From: Heterodontus francisci
Taxonomy: Eukaryota
Direction: 5' to 3'
Length of the DNA stretch: 64,000 bases
Assembly: GCF_036365525.1 (NCBI RefSeq)
Contig: NC_090397.1
Span: 66,221,781-66,285,780, forward strand
Both the position numbers and the translations under genes were made by a program. The notes beneath the pieces are model-generated. The model did no database searches, was not told where the DNA came from, and was given only the letters and a program-made list of their open reading frames with translations. Below, piece after piece: positions 63,401-64,000 of the stretch (position 1 is its first letter; each line of letters starts with the position of its first letter).

Positions 63401-63755
63401 GGGCTAGATTTTGTTCCCAGCCTGACCTTACGTTCTGTGGCTGGGGGTGGGGGGCGGGGGGCTTCGGAAAATCGGAGCAGCAGCGGGTGAACTTTGCACT
63501 CTGATGGTTGTGGGGGGAAAGGGGTGAACTCTGCGTTATGGTCTGCTGTTTACAGGGCTAGCAGCCATTTAAAAATGGCGCCCGCACCTGCTCCTTCAAT
63601 GTCGCCTCCGCCTTGTGATTGTGGGGGGGGAGCCGCTATGAATATGTAAAATGGCCGGCCGCAACGTAATCATGGCGGCGTGGGTCCTATGGGGGACGGC
63701 CGTCATGTTACGTGCCTGCCACCACTCCTGGTGGCAGGAATACAAAATGCAGCCC
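63401..63755. mobile_element. Short GC-rich MITE
   Basis: TIRs gggctagattttgt / acaaaatgcagccc; TSD not evident. Confidence 0.65.
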
Positions 63756-64000
63756 ATTGTGCTGGAATCCGTAGTTGCAAAGCTTGATTTTTTTAGACCC
63801 TAACTTAGCGGGATACTAGAATTGAAACAGAAAATAGAACAGCTAAATCCTTGAAGAAAGGAGCTGAAAACCTACTCGAGGAACTTCAGAGTTGTGAAGA
63901 ACTGTTTGACTGTAATTGTTGCCATATATGCTGGATGGACTACCCAATGAAACCGTGAGACCCATCTCTGTTGTATCTGATAGTTAAGGTGTAATTTGTT

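Noticed and set aside
1-64000. CRISPR array or prokaryotic operon-like system
   Set aside because: Spliced vertebrate gene with eukaryotic repeats; no regularly spaced identical repeats with unique spacers.

Overview
This is vertebrate genomic DNA, almost certainly from a cartilaginous fish (shark-type HE1/V-SINEs, DeuSINEs, MetaSINEs, CR1/HER1, L2 and Penelope repeats). It holds one protein-coding gene: ITIH5 (inter-alpha-trypsin inhibitor heavy chain 5) on the + strand. Eleven GT-AG exons from 3173 to 41937 join in frame to 2661 nt (886 aa plus stop), covering the VIT domain, the vWA domain with a DTSGS MIDAS motif, the DGD/PHF processing site and the ITI C-terminal domain. The signal-peptide exons 1-2 were not found and probably lie upstream. 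The rest is intronic or intergenic DNA dense with transposon remnants, several nested, including solo LTRs and GC-rich MITEs with 3-bp target duplications. Almost all short ORFs in the track are spurious or TE debris. I cannot demonstrate a new biological system. The best leads are: an intron present in human ITIH5 but absent here; a 77-bp Penelope-derived intronic hairpin carrying a minimal hammerhead ribozyme core; a possible two-state RNA structure around the poly(A) signal; and a triple acceptor/donor microexon-like array. Repeat boundaries are approximate unless a TSD is cited. Human comparisons are from memory, not from an alignment.
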